The notes: generated from the sequence alone by a model not told the origin. A stretch of 64,000 nucleotides of DNA from an uncultured Verrucomicrobiae bacterium (GCA_963719495.1 CAVRCI010000002.1:544001-608000), one strand, 5' to 3'. Counted from the stretch's first letter, positions 9,835 through 19,557 are shown. Numbers and translations: made by a program.

Positions 9835-9862
9835 AACGACAGAGCGTGACGGTAAAAATGGC
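9835..9862 (-). promoter_or_regulatory. Shared upstream motif, copy 2 (before the integrase)
   Basis: AACGACAGAGCGTGACGGTAAAAATGGC, 3 nt from the minus-strand ATG at 9831. Confidence 0.75.
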
Positions 9863-9880
9863 GGCCGTTTTCACGACCGA

Positions 9881-9913
9881 CAGACACACGTTTGCGCCGT
9901 TACCAGACACACG
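9881..9913. repeat. 10-bp direct repeat pair, candidate integrase arm-binding sites
   Basis: CAGACACACG at 9881-9890 and 9904-9913, between the int start and the tRNA. Confidence 0.55.
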
Positions 9914-9964
9914 CCCCTCGAACCCCCTGTTTCGGACCGATTTTCCAATCGACCCAAAAAACCG

Positions 9965-9999
9965 AAAAGCCCTGTAACTCAGAGAGTTACAGGGCTTTT
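9965..9999 (-). terminator. Perfect 16-bp hairpin downstream of tRNA-fMet (intrinsic terminator-like)
   Basis: AAAAGCCCTGTAACTC-AGA-GAGTTACAGGGCTTTT, with A/T runs at both ends. Confidence 0.8.
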
Positions 10000-10003
10000 A
10001 AAT

Positions 10004-10080
<77 letters not shown>

Positions 10081-10092
10081 ATTGGATGTGAG

Positions 10093-10120
10093 ATAGTATG
10101 CGATATGGCGTTGGGTGCAA
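10093..10120 (-). promoter_or_regulatory. Sigma70-like promoter of tRNA-fMet
   Basis: Minus strand TTGCAC-16 nt-TACTAT, ending 12 nt before the tRNA. Confidence 0.6.
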
Positions 10121-10154
10121 GTGGGAAATCTGGTTCGCGGTAAGTTTTTCTGGA

Positions 10155-10709
10155 CTATTGCCCGAGGGGCCCGGTTGGGGCGGCCGGAGCGAAGGGTGCT
10201 GGAGCGGAGCCTTCCCGGCGGACGTCCGGGAGATCCTGAATGGCTTGGTCTTCAGGGAGGGCTGTTTTTGCCAGGGTGAGGAGGACGTCGCGCGAGGGTT
10301 GGGGCATCGTGGCGAGTTGGGTGACTTCCTTCCCGACCGGGACGGTGGCAACTTCGTCGCACGCGAAGCAGACGAGGAGGTCGATGGCGTTGCCGGCGTC
10401 GCCGAAGCGGAGGGCGATGCCGGGGCGAAATTTGCAGGTCGCTTCACCGTCGGGGTCGAAGGACTCCGGGTCGCTGGTGAGGGCTTGGGCGGTGGCGGCT
10501 TGGTCGGGGGTCAGCGGGGTGGGGGTGCCGATGACCTCGAAGGCGGCGATGAATTCCAAGTCGGCCATTCGGAGGTTTTCCGGAGTTTCGCTGGGGATGA
10601 TGCGGCGGATTTCGGCGGGCTGGCGGTCACCGAGGATGTCGGAAATCGGGGTGGCCCGGGCGGCGATGGGTAGCAATAGGGCGAGGAATAGGGTCGGAAG
10701 GCGGCTCAT
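10155..10709 (-). CDS. Hypothetical secreted protein
   Basis: Signal peptide MSRLPTLFLALLLPIAARA and a conserved-looking CKFRPG...VCFACDE motif. Confidence 0.7.
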   Translation of the reverse strand: MSRLPTLFLALLLPIAARATPISDILGDRQPAEIRRIIPSETPENLRMADLEFIAAFEVIGTPTPLTPDQAATAQALTSDPESFDPDGEATCKFRPGIALRFGDAGNAIDLLVCFACDEVATVPVGKEVTQLATMPQPSRDVLLTLAKTALPEDQAIQDLPDVRREGSAPAPFAPAAPTGPLGQ

Positions 10710-10750
10710 GAACCTTTACCTTCGACTATCGACTCTCATCCATCAACTCC

Positions 10751-11683
10751 TCACCGGCTGAGTTCGAGCATGCGGCGGATGGGGAGTTCGGCACGGGCTC
10801 GGAGGTCTTCGGGGATTTTGATCTGGGGGGTGAGGTTGAGGAGGCAGTCGTGCAATTTTTCCAAGGTGTTCATTTTCATGTAGCGGCAGTCGGCGCAGGC
10901 GCAGGCGTCGGTCGGGCCGGGGATGAAGGTCTTGCCGGGGAGCTCGCGCTCGAGGCGGTGGAGCATGCCGCTTTCGGTGACGATGATAAAGGCCTCGGCG
11001 GGGTTGTCGCGGCAGTAGTCGACCATTTTTTCGGTGCTGCAGACTTCGTCGGCGAGGATGCGGACGGCGTAGGTGCACTCGGGGTGGGCGACGACGGGGG
11101 CGTCGGGGAACTGTTCGCGGATTTTGAGGATGCTGTTGCGGGTGAACTCGACGTGGACGTAACAGTTGCCGCGCCAGAGGTCCATTTTGCGGCCGGTTTG
11201 CTCCATCACCCAACTGCCGAGGTTCTGGTCGGGGACGAAGAGGATGTTGCGGTCGGCGGGGACGGATTGGACGATTTTCATCGCGTTGCCGCTGGTGCAG
11301 ATCACGTCGGAGAGGGCTTTCACGCCGGCGCTGCAGTTGATGTAGGTGACGACGTAGTAATTCTTGGCGGCGTTTTCTTCGAGGAAGGCGGCGAGTTGCT
11401 CCGGGGGGCAGGAGTCGGAGAGGGAGCAGCCGGCGTCCATGTCGGGGATGACGACGGTCTTGGTGGGGTTGATGATCTTGGCGGTTTCGCCCATGAAGTG
11501 GACGCCGCAGAAGGCGATCACGTCGGCGTCGGTCTCGGCGGCGCGGTAACTGAGCCCGAGGGAATCGCCGACGTAATCGGCGAGCTCCTGGATCTCGCGG
11601 ACCTGGTAGTTGTGCGCGAGGATGATGGCGTTGCGCTCGCGCTTGAGTTCGAGGATTTCTTCGGTGAGGTCGGTGGCTATCAC
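10751..11683 (-). CDS. nadA: Quinolinate synthase
   Basis: ILAHNYQ, VGDSLGL, FCGVHFMGETAK, YINCSA, AHPEC and CRYMKMNTL motifs. Confidence 0.97.
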   Translation of the reverse strand: MIATDLTEEILELKRERNAIILAHNYQVREIQELADYVGDSLGLSYRAAETDADVIAFCGVHFMGETAKIINPTKTVVIPDMDAGCSLSDSCPPEQLAAFLEENAAKNYYVVTYINCSAGVKALSDVICTSGNAMKIVQSVPADRNILFVPDQNLGSWVMEQTGRKMDLWRGNCYVHVEFTRNSILKIREQFPDAPVVAHPECTYAVRILADEVCSTEKMVDYCRDNPAEAFIIVTESGMLHRLERELPGKTFIPGPTDACACADCRYMKMNTLEKLHDCLLNLTPQIKIPEDLRARAELPIRRMLELSR

Positions 11684-11781
11684 GCGGTTACGCTAGATGA
11701 GAAATGGGGAATGAGAAATGCGGAATGGTGAACTTGGGAAACGGGATTGTCGGTCAGTCGAAGCTGGACTAACTTCGCCAG

Positions 11782-12012
11782 ATGAACGCCGACCCAGCCG
11801 AAGCCACGGACCCTGAACGGGTGTCGGCTTCGCCCGAGGCGCTGGCGCTGGCTGGTGACTTGGTCCGAAAATTTTCCGAATGTTTCTGGTTTCGACATCC
11901 CGAGGCGCGGATTCGTTTCGCGGGCGACGTGCGGCTGGTGATCGAGCATCTCCGGGAGTATGGCGACAAGCGGGCGTGGGCGGCCGCGCGGGAGCTTCGA
12001 AGATGCCTTTAA
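11782..12012 (+). CDS. Small putative antitoxin (partner of the AbiEii-type nucleotidyltransferase)
   Basis: 76 aa (CFWF...VIEHLREYGD). Its end overlaps the start of the downstream gene. Confidence 0.6.
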   Translation: MNADPAEATDPERVSASPEALALAGDLVRKFSECFWFRHPEARIRFAGDVRLVIEHLREYGDKRAWAAARELRRCL

Positions 12013-12806
12013 CCTCTTTCCAACGGGAGGTTCTCGGCGTGTTGGTCTCCAATCGCTCGGAGGCCAGTCATTTTGCCGGGGGGATCGTGCTCAACGCACC
12101 GGACGAGTCCGCCCGCTATTCCCACGACTTCGATTTTTTTCACGAGGCCGTCGAGGACTTGGTCGTCGCCAGTGAACGGGACGTGGAGACTTTGGAGGGG
12201 GCCGGGTTCCACGTTCAAAAAATCGAACGCGGTGAGGAATGGTCGAAACCCTCTTCGTTCCGCAAGGCGAGGGTCCGCCGCGATGGCTCGGACGTCGAAC
12301 TGGATTGGGCGCACGACTCGGCGTTTCGGTTTTTCCCCATCGTGCCCGACGAACTCCTGGGCTGGCGGCTGCACCTTTTCGACATGGCGACGAACAAGGC
12401 TCTCGCGCTTTCCGCCCGGATGGAGACTCGGGACTACGTTGACATGGTCGAACTGAGCCGCCGCTTTCCGCTCGAGGCCATCGTGTGGGCGGCCTGCGGG
12501 AAAGACCCGGGGTTCAATCCGCTCTCGCTGCTCAAGATGATGATGCGGTTTGCCCGGATCGATCCCGCGAAACTCGAGGAAATTCAGGCGCGTGAGCTCG
12601 ATCCCGTGGGATTAAAAGAGGAGTGGATCGCCTGCTCCGATCAAGCGCGGGACGAGATGACGCTGCTCGCCGACGAGCAACCCGACACGCCGATTGGCGT
12701 CGCGTTCGTGAACGGCGACGCCGAACCGGGCTGGATCCGCGCAGATCCCGACTTGCGGGTTCACCATCCATCCCTGCGGGGGTGCTGGCCGACGATGCGT
12801 CCGTAA
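12003..12806 (+). CDS. AbiEii/AbiGii-family nucleotidyltransferase toxin
   Basis: FAGGIVLN...RYSHDFDFF, NKALAL..R...RDYVD. ATG at 12003. Confidence 0.8.
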   Translation: MPLTSFQREVLGVLVSNRSEASHFAGGIVLNAPDESARYSHDFDFFHEAVEDLVVASERDVETLEGAGFHVQKIERGEEWSKPSSFRKARVRRDGSDVELDWAHDSAFRFFPIVPDELLGWRLHLFDMATNKALALSARMETRDYVDMVELSRRFPLEAIVWAACGKDPGFNPLSLLKMMMRFARIDPAKLEEIQARELDPVGLKEEWIACSDQARDEMTLLADEQPDTPIGVAFVNGDAEPGWIRADPDLRVHHPSLRGCWPTMRP

Positions 12807-12870
12807 AACGCGTCAGGCGGAGCGGGCGGTTCCGCTTTACAGCCGGTCGATCTCCGTCGCATTCATGGGA

Positions 12871-14226
12871 ATGAAGTTCATCGCCGCTCTGGGAATTGGG
12901 TGCTCGCTGCTCGCGGGCTGCGTGATCGATCCGCTGGGTCCGGTCGGTCGCGGGCCACAGCCACCTCCGGCGCTTTCGAAGCCGGCGCTCGACAAGGAAT
13001 TCGCCTGGGGGATCTCGACGAGTAGTTACCAATACGAGGACCCGGCGGTGAAGCCTGGTGACGCGGATTATTTTCTCACCGATTGGGATCTTTTCGTGGA
13101 GGAGGGGAAGGCTCCGGTGAAAGGGGACGCGTTGTTCAGTTGGACGCAGTTCGACAAGGACCTCGCGGCGCTGAAGGAGATCGGCGTCACGCACTATCGG
13201 TTCAGCGTGTCGTGGGCGCGCTGCGAGCCGCGTCCGGGCGTTTACAACGAGGCGGCGATTGCGCGTTACGCCGAGATGGCGCGGAAGCTGAAGGAGGCCG
13301 GGATCGAGCCGGTCGTTTGCCTTTGGCACTTCACGTTTCCGTCGTGGCTCTACGACGAGAAGAGACCTCGCGAGTCGAATTGGCTGCATCCGCTGGCTCG
13401 CTCGCATTGGAATGCGTTCGTGGATCGGATGGTGCGCGCGACCGCGCCTTTTACGGATTTTTACGCGCCGCAGAACGAGCCGAATGGCCAGATCACCACG
13501 GCCTACCTCGTCGGCGAATGGCCACCGGGAATGGATCTGGCGTTTGGAACCTACTGGAAGGCGATCGACGCCAGCGTCGGGATGTTTCGCGACGCGGCGA
13601 AGCGGATCCGGGAGATCAAGCCGACGGCGAAGGTGATGAGCGTCGAGGCGCTGCCTTGGTGGGTGCATCCGTGGTGGGATCCCGGCCGCGTCATTTACGA
13701 CACGATGCTCCACCAAAATGTCGATCACTTGGATCGCGTCTACGACGTTTGTGACATCCTCGGGGTCAATTATTATTACTCCGAGAAGGCGACTCTTCTC
13801 GGGGTGTTGGCTGTTCCGCATCAGCGGGGGAAAGATTTCACCGAGATGGGTTGGCGGATCGATCCGCGGGGGCTTTTCAACGAAATCCAGCGCGTGGCGG
13901 AGCGTTACGGCAAGCCGATGATGGTCACCGAAAACGGCATTGCCACGGCGGACGATGCGAAGCGGGTCGCTTACATGGAGAATCACCTCGCCGCGATTGG
14001 ACGCGCGATCCGCGACGGCTACGACGTCCGGGGATACTTCGCGTGGTCACTGGCGGACAACTACGAGTGGCACTACGGCTACCGGGCGACGTTCGGTCTC
14101 GCGCGGATGGATCCCAAAACCCACGACCGCGTCCTGAAGCCGAGCGCGGGGAGGTTTGCGGATTGGATCCGCAAGAATCGGACGGTGCGCGACGTCACGC
14201 GGATCGCGCCGACGACGGACGAGTGA
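12871..14226 (+). CDS. GH1 beta-glucosidase-family lipoprotein
   Basis: Lipobox LAGC, FAWGISTSSYQYE, YRFSVSWAR, QNEP (acid/base), VTENG (nucleophile), WSLADNYEW. Confidence 0.92.
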   Translation: MKFIAALGIGCSLLAGCVIDPLGPVGRGPQPPPALSKPALDKEFAWGISTSSYQYEDPAVKPGDADYFLTDWDLFVEEGKAPVKGDALFSWTQFDKDLAALKEIGVTHYRFSVSWARCEPRPGVYNEAAIARYAEMARKLKEAGIEPVVCLWHFTFPSWLYDEKRPRESNWLHPLARSHWNAFVDRMVRATAPFTDFYAPQNEPNGQITTAYLVGEWPPGMDLAFGTYWKAIDASVGMFRDAAKRIREIKPTAKVMSVEALPWWVHPWWDPGRVIYDTMLHQNVDHLDRVYDVCDILGVNYYYSEKATLLGVLAVPHQRGKDFTEMGWRIDPRGLFNEIQRVAERYGKPMMVTENGIATADDAKRVAYMENHLAAIGRAIRDGYDVRGYFAWSLADNYEWHYGYRATFGLARMDPKTHDRVLKPSAGRFADWIRKNRTVRDVTRIAPTTDE

Positions 14227-14336
14227 GGGATGAAGGGGAGAGTCGCGCCGCCGCGACCTCCGCAAAAAGCGGGACATTCACGGGCTTCGCCCTTAGTGTT
14301 TGAGGTCTCTTGTGACTCCTCCCGCTCCGTCTTTCC

Positions 14337-16100
14337 ATGCCTGACGAATCCCCTTCGCAGGGTAACAGCTCGTCCAATCCATTCGGCGTGACGATGCGAA
14401 TCGTCCTTCCCACCGAAGCCGCCGATCATCCGAAATCCTCGGTCGGCACTCGCGTGACCGCGCCCGCCGCACCCGGGCGGACGCCGAGCGTCCGGGCAAC
14501 GGCGGTTCCGCAGTCTGGGGCGGACTTTCTGCAGCTTCTGCACAATCTTTACGACGCGGCCTTCATCACGGACATGGCGGGCGACATCCTGATGAGCAAT
14601 CCCCGCGCGGATCATGCGTTTCAGGTCGAGCCGGGACAGCTGGACGGGGTCAATCTTCTGACGCTGGTCTGCGGGGCGGATGACACGCTGCTCGGATCGA
14701 TCCGCGAGACGCTGCAGACCAATCGGTTCGTGCTCATGCAGGCGCACTGCATTCGCGGAGACGGCAGTTTTTTTCCGACCGAGATTTCCATGAATCCCCT
14801 GCGGCTCGATGGGCGGGACCGGATCAGTTTTTTCATCCGCGACGTGACGCTGCGCAACGAGCAGGAGGAAAAACTGCGCTCGGGGCACTCCGCGATGGAG
14901 AATGCGAGCAGCGGAATCGCCATCGCCGACCTCGATTGCCGGATCGAGTTTTGCAATCCGGCGTTTGCCAGCTTTTTCGGATTTCCGGATGCCGCGGCCG
15001 CGACCGGTTTGGATCTGCGCGAGTTGATTTGCGCGCCGGGCCGCCTCGACGAAATTCTGGCGGAGACCGCGACCGGAAAAACCTGGGAGGGCGAGTTCGA
15101 GCTCGAGCGCGCCGGCGACGAACTCTTTCACGCCCACGCGTCGATCGTCGCAAATCTCGACGCGGACGGGAATCCGGCGGGGATCGTGGTGTCGGTGCTC
15201 GATACAACGACTCAGGAACGAGCGCAGCAGCAGCGGGAGGAATTTGCGGCGCAGCTGCGACTTCGCAACGCCCAGATGCAGGAGGAACTCGACCTGGCCG
15301 GTGAGTTGCAGGTGGCGCTGATGCCGGCTCAGTTCCAGGGCGTTCCGGGCACGGCGGACGCGGAGCGGAGGGTGCTCGAGTTTCGCCACGTCTATTGCCC
15401 GAGCGGGCGCATCGGCGGAGATTTTTTCCACATTCGGGAGCTCTCCAACTTCGAGGCGTCGGTGTTCATCGTGGACGTGATGGGGCACGGCGTGCGGTCC
15501 GCGCTGGTCGTCGCAACGATCCGCGGACTGCTGGAGGAATTGCGGCCGCTTGCCCGCGACCCCGGTGCGCTCTTGACTCAGCTCAACAAAAATTTCACCG
15601 CCATCTTCCGCCGAATGGGTGTGGACATGACTTTTGCCACGGCGCTCTACGCCGTGATGGATGCCCGGTCGGGTCGCTTTCGATACGCCAACGCCAGCCA
15701 TCCTTCGCCCTACGTTCTGCGAAGTGCGGAGGCGACGGTTGAATCGCTGGCCGACGCTCAAGCAAGGTCGACCGCCCTTGGAATCCTCGAGGATGCCAGC
15801 TACACGAACCTGGAGATCGATCTGGAGCCAGGCGATCAGCTCGTCCTGTTCACCGACGGGCTCGCCGAAGCACAGTCGCCGTCGGGCGAATTTTTCATGG
15901 ATGGAAAAATGGACGCCTTGCTGCGGGAGAACGTCGGCCAGTCGTCGCAAATCGTGCTCGATGCGCTGCTGGGCGGCGCTCGGAGTTTTTCCGAATTGGA
16001 AACGATGGAGGACGACGTCTGCCTCGTCGCCATGCAGGTGATGCGGCGCGCCGGGGGCGGAGCTGGGAAAGAAGCCGATCGGCGCGAGAGCGGTTGCTGA
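14337..16100 (+). CDS. PAS-PAS-PP2C (SpoIIE/RsbU-like) phosphatase
   Basis: Two PAS-like domains, then IGGDFF, DVMGHG, FTDGL and EDDVC. Confidence 0.9.
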   Translation: MPDESPSQGNSSSNPFGVTMRIVLPTEAADHPKSSVGTRVTAPAAPGRTPSVRATAVPQSGADFLQLLHNLYDAAFITDMAGDILMSNPRADHAFQVEPGQLDGVNLLTLVCGADDTLLGSIRETLQTNRFVLMQAHCIRGDGSFFPTEISMNPLRLDGRDRISFFIRDVTLRNEQEEKLRSGHSAMENASSGIAIADLDCRIEFCNPAFASFFGFPDAAAATGLDLRELICAPGRLDEILAETATGKTWEGEFELERAGDELFHAHASIVANLDADGNPAGIVVSVLDTTTQERAQQQREEFAAQLRLRNAQMQEELDLAGELQVALMPAQFQGVPGTADAERRVLEFRHVYCPSGRIGGDFFHIRELSNFEASVFIVDVMGHGVRSALVVATIRGLLEELRPLARDPGALLTQLNKNFTAIFRRMGVDMTFATALYAVMDARSGRFRYANASHPSPYVLRSAEATVESLADAQARSTALGILEDASYTNLEIDLEPGDQLVLFTDGLAEAQSPSGEFFMDGKMDALLRENVGQSSQIVLDALLGGARSFSELETMEDDVCLVAMQVMRRAGGGAGKEADRRESGC

Positions 16101-16132
16101 GAAATTGGCCTGGGGCGGTCTGATCCAACGAG

Positions 16133-16507
16133 ATGCGAGTTTTACGAAAAATCGTCACCGGCTTGCTAATTTTGCTCCTGGCTTACGGAGGGGTTCTTCT
16201 CGTCGAGCGGCTCATCACGCAGGAGCTGACTCGGGTTTCGGATCAGAGTTCGGGAGAATCCGTCGGCCTGATCTGGCGGCCGCGGTTGCTGAGGGGTGAC
16301 GGCGTCTGTTCGTTGAAGCTGGTGAATGCGACCGACGAATTTCGCGATTCCGCGGAGCTGGGGTCGCTCTCCTCCGGCCTCGACGCGTTGCAGACGTATG
16401 GGCAGATGACCTTCGAGGGAAGAGACGTCGTGGTGGCGGATCGCCGGACCGGCGAGGTGGCTCGACGGTTCGAGGTGCGGGACGGTCGATTGGTGGCGGC
16501 CGATTGA
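16133..16507 (+). CDS. Hypothetical membrane-anchored protein
   Basis: N-terminal hydrophobic helix. Co-oriented with the upstream gene. Confidence 0.6.
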   Translation: MRVLRKIVTGLLILLLAYGGVLLVERLITQELTRVSDQSSGESVGLIWRPRLLRGDGVCSLKLVNATDEFRDSAELGSLSSGLDALQTYGQMTFEGRDVVVADRRTGEVARRFEVRDGRLVAAD

Positions 16508-16524
16508 TCGGACCACCGTCGTCA

Positions 16525-16632
16525 CCGGAGGGCGAGGCTCCCGCCGAGCCGTCGCCCACACCCGAAGCGTGCGATCTCTCTGGCGACGACGATCCCATGC
16601 GAACACGGCTCGGCAGGAGCCTCGCCCTCCGG
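16525..16632. repeat. REP-like long inverted repeat between convergent genes
   Basis: 28-bp arms CCGGAGGGCGAGGCTCCCGCCGAGCCGT (16525-16552) and ACGGCTCGGCAGGAGCCTCGCCCTCCGG (16605-16632), one mismatch. Confidence 0.85.
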
Positions 16633-16659
16633 GTTTGGATCGGCGGGACGCCGGCTTGG

Positions 16660-17355
16660 CTAGGCGGGGGATTCGTAGGTGCCGGGGCTGTTCGGGGTGG
16701 CTTGCCAATCGGGTTGGCGCTCGGGGGTGGCTTCGTTGAGGGCTTGGCGAACGCCGTCGGCGTCGAGGTCGGTGCCGTAGACGGGGGTGCCGGGTTGTTG
16801 ACGCCAGGAGTAGTCGAGGGGGCCGGCGTCGACGGGGTCGAATCCGATTTGGTCGACGAGGTCCATGACGACGGCTTTTGCGTCGGGATCGTCGCCGGCG
16901 ATCGGGAGGGCGATCCGGTCGGCGTGGTCGGGTGGTCGGCCGTGGGTGGCGAGGTGGTCGAACCGGATGTTGTTGAAGGCTTTGACGACGGGGTGGTCGA
17001 GCTGCTCTTCGACCCAGCGGCTTTCGGGAAGGCCGTCCTCGATGCCGCCGATCCGGCCATCGCGTTGGCGGGGGAGGTAATTGCAGGTGTCGATGACGAC
17101 GAGGTCGAACGGGGCCTGGTCGAAAAGGTCTTCGGCGAGATCGGGGACGTGGGAGAGCTGGATGGTGACGACGACGAGGTCGGCGTTGCGAACGACTTCT
17201 TCGACGGCGACTGGCCGAGCGCCGGTTTCCGAGGCGAGGTCGGTGAGGGTCTCGGGTCCGCGGGAGTTCGCGACGGCGACCTGGTGGCCGGCTTTGCAAA
17301 ACAAGCGGGTGAGGGCGCTGCCGCTTTTTCCGGCGCCGATGATTCCGATTTTCAT
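16660..17355 (-). CDS. NADP oxidoreductase, F420-dependent family
   Basis: MKIGIIGAGKSG Rossmann motif, ANSRGPETL, VVKAFNNI, GFDPVDAG. Confidence 0.88.
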   Translation of the reverse strand: MKIGIIGAGKSGSALTRLFCKAGHQVAVANSRGPETLTDLASETGARPVAVEEVVRNADLVVVTIQLSHVPDLAEDLFDQAPFDLVVIDTCNYLPRQRDGRIGGIEDGLPESRWVEEQLDHPVVKAFNNIRFDHLATHGRPPDHADRIALPIAGDDPDAKAVVMDLVDQIGFDPVDAGPLDYSWRQQPGTPVYGTDLDADGVRQALNEATPERQPDWQATPNSPGTYESPA

Positions 17356-17374
17356 GATGGTGAGATGCTTTTTA

Positions 17375-17454
17375 GACAGGATTGACGGGATTTTCAGGAT
17401 TATGAGATTTCGAAGCTCCTGAAATTCAATCCTGTAAATCCTGTCAATCCTGTC
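17375..17454. repeat. Inverted repeat built from 9-bp tandem units
   Basis: GACAGGATTGACGGGATTTTCAGGATT (17375-17401) and AATCCTGTAAATCCTGTCAATCCTGTC (17428-17454). Confidence 0.8.
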
Positions 17455-17490
17455 CAAATCAGGATTGGGGAAGGCGGGTCATTCTCCGCG

Positions 17491-19557
17491 TCAGTTCTGT
17501 TCGGCTTGGATGGCGGTGAGGGCGATGGTGTAGATGATGTCTTCGACGAGGGCCCCGCGGGAGAGGTCGTTGACCGGGCGCTTGAGGCCCTGGAGCATGG
17601 GGCCGACTGAGATGACGTTGGCGCTGCGTTGGACGGCTTTGTAGGTGGTGTTGCCGGTGTTGAGGTCGGGGAAGATGAAGACGGTGGCACGGCCGGCGAC
17701 TTTGCTGTCGGGGGCCTTTTTTTCGGCGACGTCGGCGGTGGCGGCGGCGTCGTATTGGAGTGGGCCGTCGATGAGGAGGTCGGGGCGTTTCTCCCGCGCG
17801 ATGCGGGTGGCTTCGCGGACTTTGTCGACGTCGACACCGGAGCCGGACGTGCCGGTGGAGTAACTGATCATGGCGACGCGGGGCGGGATGCCGAAGCGGG
17901 CGGCGGAGTCGGCGCTTTGGATGGCGATGTCGGCGAGGGCTTCGGCGTCGGGGTCGGTATTCACGGCGCAATCGCCGTAAACGACGACCTGGTCGGGGAG
18001 GCACGTGAAGAAGATGGACGACACCACGCGGGCTTCGGGTCGGGTCTTGATGACTTGGAGGGCGGGGCGGACGGTGTTTGCCGAGGAGTGGACGGCTCCG
18101 GAGACGAGGCCGTCGCCTTCGCCGAGGGCGAGCATGACGGTGCCGAGCATGACGGTGTCGGTGAGCTGGTCGCGGGCGGTCCCGGGGGCGAGGTTCTTGG
18201 TTTTTCGAAATTCGACGAGGGGAGCGACGTAGTTTTCGCGGACGGTTTCCGGGTCGATGAGCTCGAGACCTTCGGGGATTTCGAGGGCCTGACCGTGGGC
18301 GATGCGGCGGATTTCCTCGGGATCACCGAGGAGGACGCAGCGGGCGAGGCCGCGTTCCTGGCAGTGGATGGCGGCTCGGATGGTGCGGGGTTCGGTGCCC
18401 TCGGGGAGGAGGATGCGTTTGTTGGCGGCGCGGGCGCGTTCGGTGAGTTGGTGGAAGAAGGCGGCGGGCGAGAGGCGGGGTTCGATCTCGGTGGTGAGGA
18501 GGGCGTCGATCCAGGGCTCGGCGACGTGGTCGGCGACGAAGGTCATGGCTTGCTCGACGCGGGTGAGGTCGTCGGGGGCGATCTCGGGGCTCATGTGGTC
18601 GAGGGCGGAAGCGGTCTCGTAGCTGCTGGTGGGAACGGCGAGGAGCGGGAGGCCGGTGTCGAGCGCGGGGCGGCAGAGGTCGATGATGCGCTGGTCGGGC
18701 GCGCCGGATTCGCCGGTGAGGAGGAGCGCGGCGATGGGAACGTGGTTGAGCGCCGACATCGAGACGGCGACGATGACGTCGCTGCGGTCGACGGGCGTGA
18801 CGAGGGCGGCCCCGGGGCGGAAGGCACCGAGCATGTTGGGAACCGTGCGGGCAAGGACGGCGATGGAGCGCACGCGGCGGGTGTCCATTTCTCCCGCGGA
18901 GAGGATGGTGGCACCGAGGGCGTGGGCGACGTCGACGGTGCGGGGGTAGGTGAGTTCGAGGTTGGCGGGGACGGCGGCGATGAGGGGGAGGCCTCCGCGG
19001 CGGAGGTCGGCGCAGGCGCGGTGGAGGGACTCGACGGGGTGATCGGCGTCGACGCGGTTGAGGATGCAGCCGACGAGGCGGGTGTCGTCGAGGCCGCCGA
19101 AGAAGCGGGCGGCGGGCTCGAACTGCTGGCGGATGGTGCTGGCGTCGCCGGGGCGGCTGCCGACGAGGATGACTTCGGCTCCGAGGGCGCGGGCGATTTC
19201 GGCGTTGAGGTGGCCGGTTTGCGAACTCTCGACGGCGCGGACGAGGCCTTCGACGATCATGACGTCGACGTCGGCGGCGAGGCGCTGAAAGTTTGCGATG
19301 ATCCCGGAGAGGAGGTCGTCGGGGTGGCTGATGGCGGCCTCGGCCTCGGCGAGCGGAATGGGGTCGGCGGTCTCGATCTGCGTGGTTTCGCGAATGAAGT
19401 GGGTGGAGCGCTCGATCTCGCCGGGGCCGGACTGGCCGATGGGTTTGTAGAAACCGACCCGGATTCCGCGGCGGTCGAGGGCGCGGACGAGGCCGAGCGC
19501 GACGGTGGTGAGGCCGGCGGATGGGCTGGCGGGGGCGAGGAAGAGGGTCCTTTTCAC
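17491..19557 (-). CDS. pta: Phosphate acetyltransferase (long form with DRTGG domain)
   Basis: ILLPEGTEPRT, DGPLQYDAA, FIFPDLNTGNTTYKAVQRS, VNDLSRG. Confidence 0.97.
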   Translation of the reverse strand: MKRTLFLAPASPSAGLTTVALGLVRALDRRGIRVGFYKPIGQSGPGEIERSTHFIRETTQIETADPIPLAEAEAAISHPDDLLSGIIANFQRLAADVDVMIVEGLVRAVESSQTGHLNAEIARALGAEVILVGSRPGDASTIRQQFEPAARFFGGLDDTRLVGCILNRVDADHPVESLHRACADLRRGGLPLIAAVPANLELTYPRTVDVAHALGATILSAGEMDTRRVRSIAVLARTVPNMLGAFRPGAALVTPVDRSDVIVAVSMSALNHVPIAALLLTGESGAPDQRIIDLCRPALDTGLPLLAVPTSSYETASALDHMSPEIAPDDLTRVEQAMTFVADHVAEPWIDALLTTEIEPRLSPAAFFHQLTERARAANKRILLPEGTEPRTIRAAIHCQERGLARCVLLGDPEEIRRIAHGQALEIPEGLELIDPETVRENYVAPLVEFRKTKNLAPGTARDQLTDTVMLGTVMLALGEGDGLVSGAVHSSANTVRPALQVIKTRPEARVVSSIFFTCLPDQVVVYGDCAVNTDPDAEALADIAIQSADSAARFGIPPRVAMISYSTGTSGSGVDVDKVREATRIAREKRPDLLIDGPLQYDAAATADVAEKKAPDSKVAGRATVFIFPDLNTGNTTYKAVQRSANVISVGPMLQGLKRPVNDLSRGALVEDIIYTIALTAIQAEQN

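Larger units (their letters stand above)
1..10003. mobile_element. Integrative element/genomic island at tRNA-fMet (left end outside the window)
   Basis: Integrase beside a tRNA 3' end, an xis-like gene, visibly lower GC than the core genes to the right, and hypothetical cargo. Confidence 0.8.

Noticed and set aside
14079..15950. 623-aa minus-strand ORF
   Set aside because: Antisense shadow of the PAS-PP2C gene; Arg-rich with no motifs.
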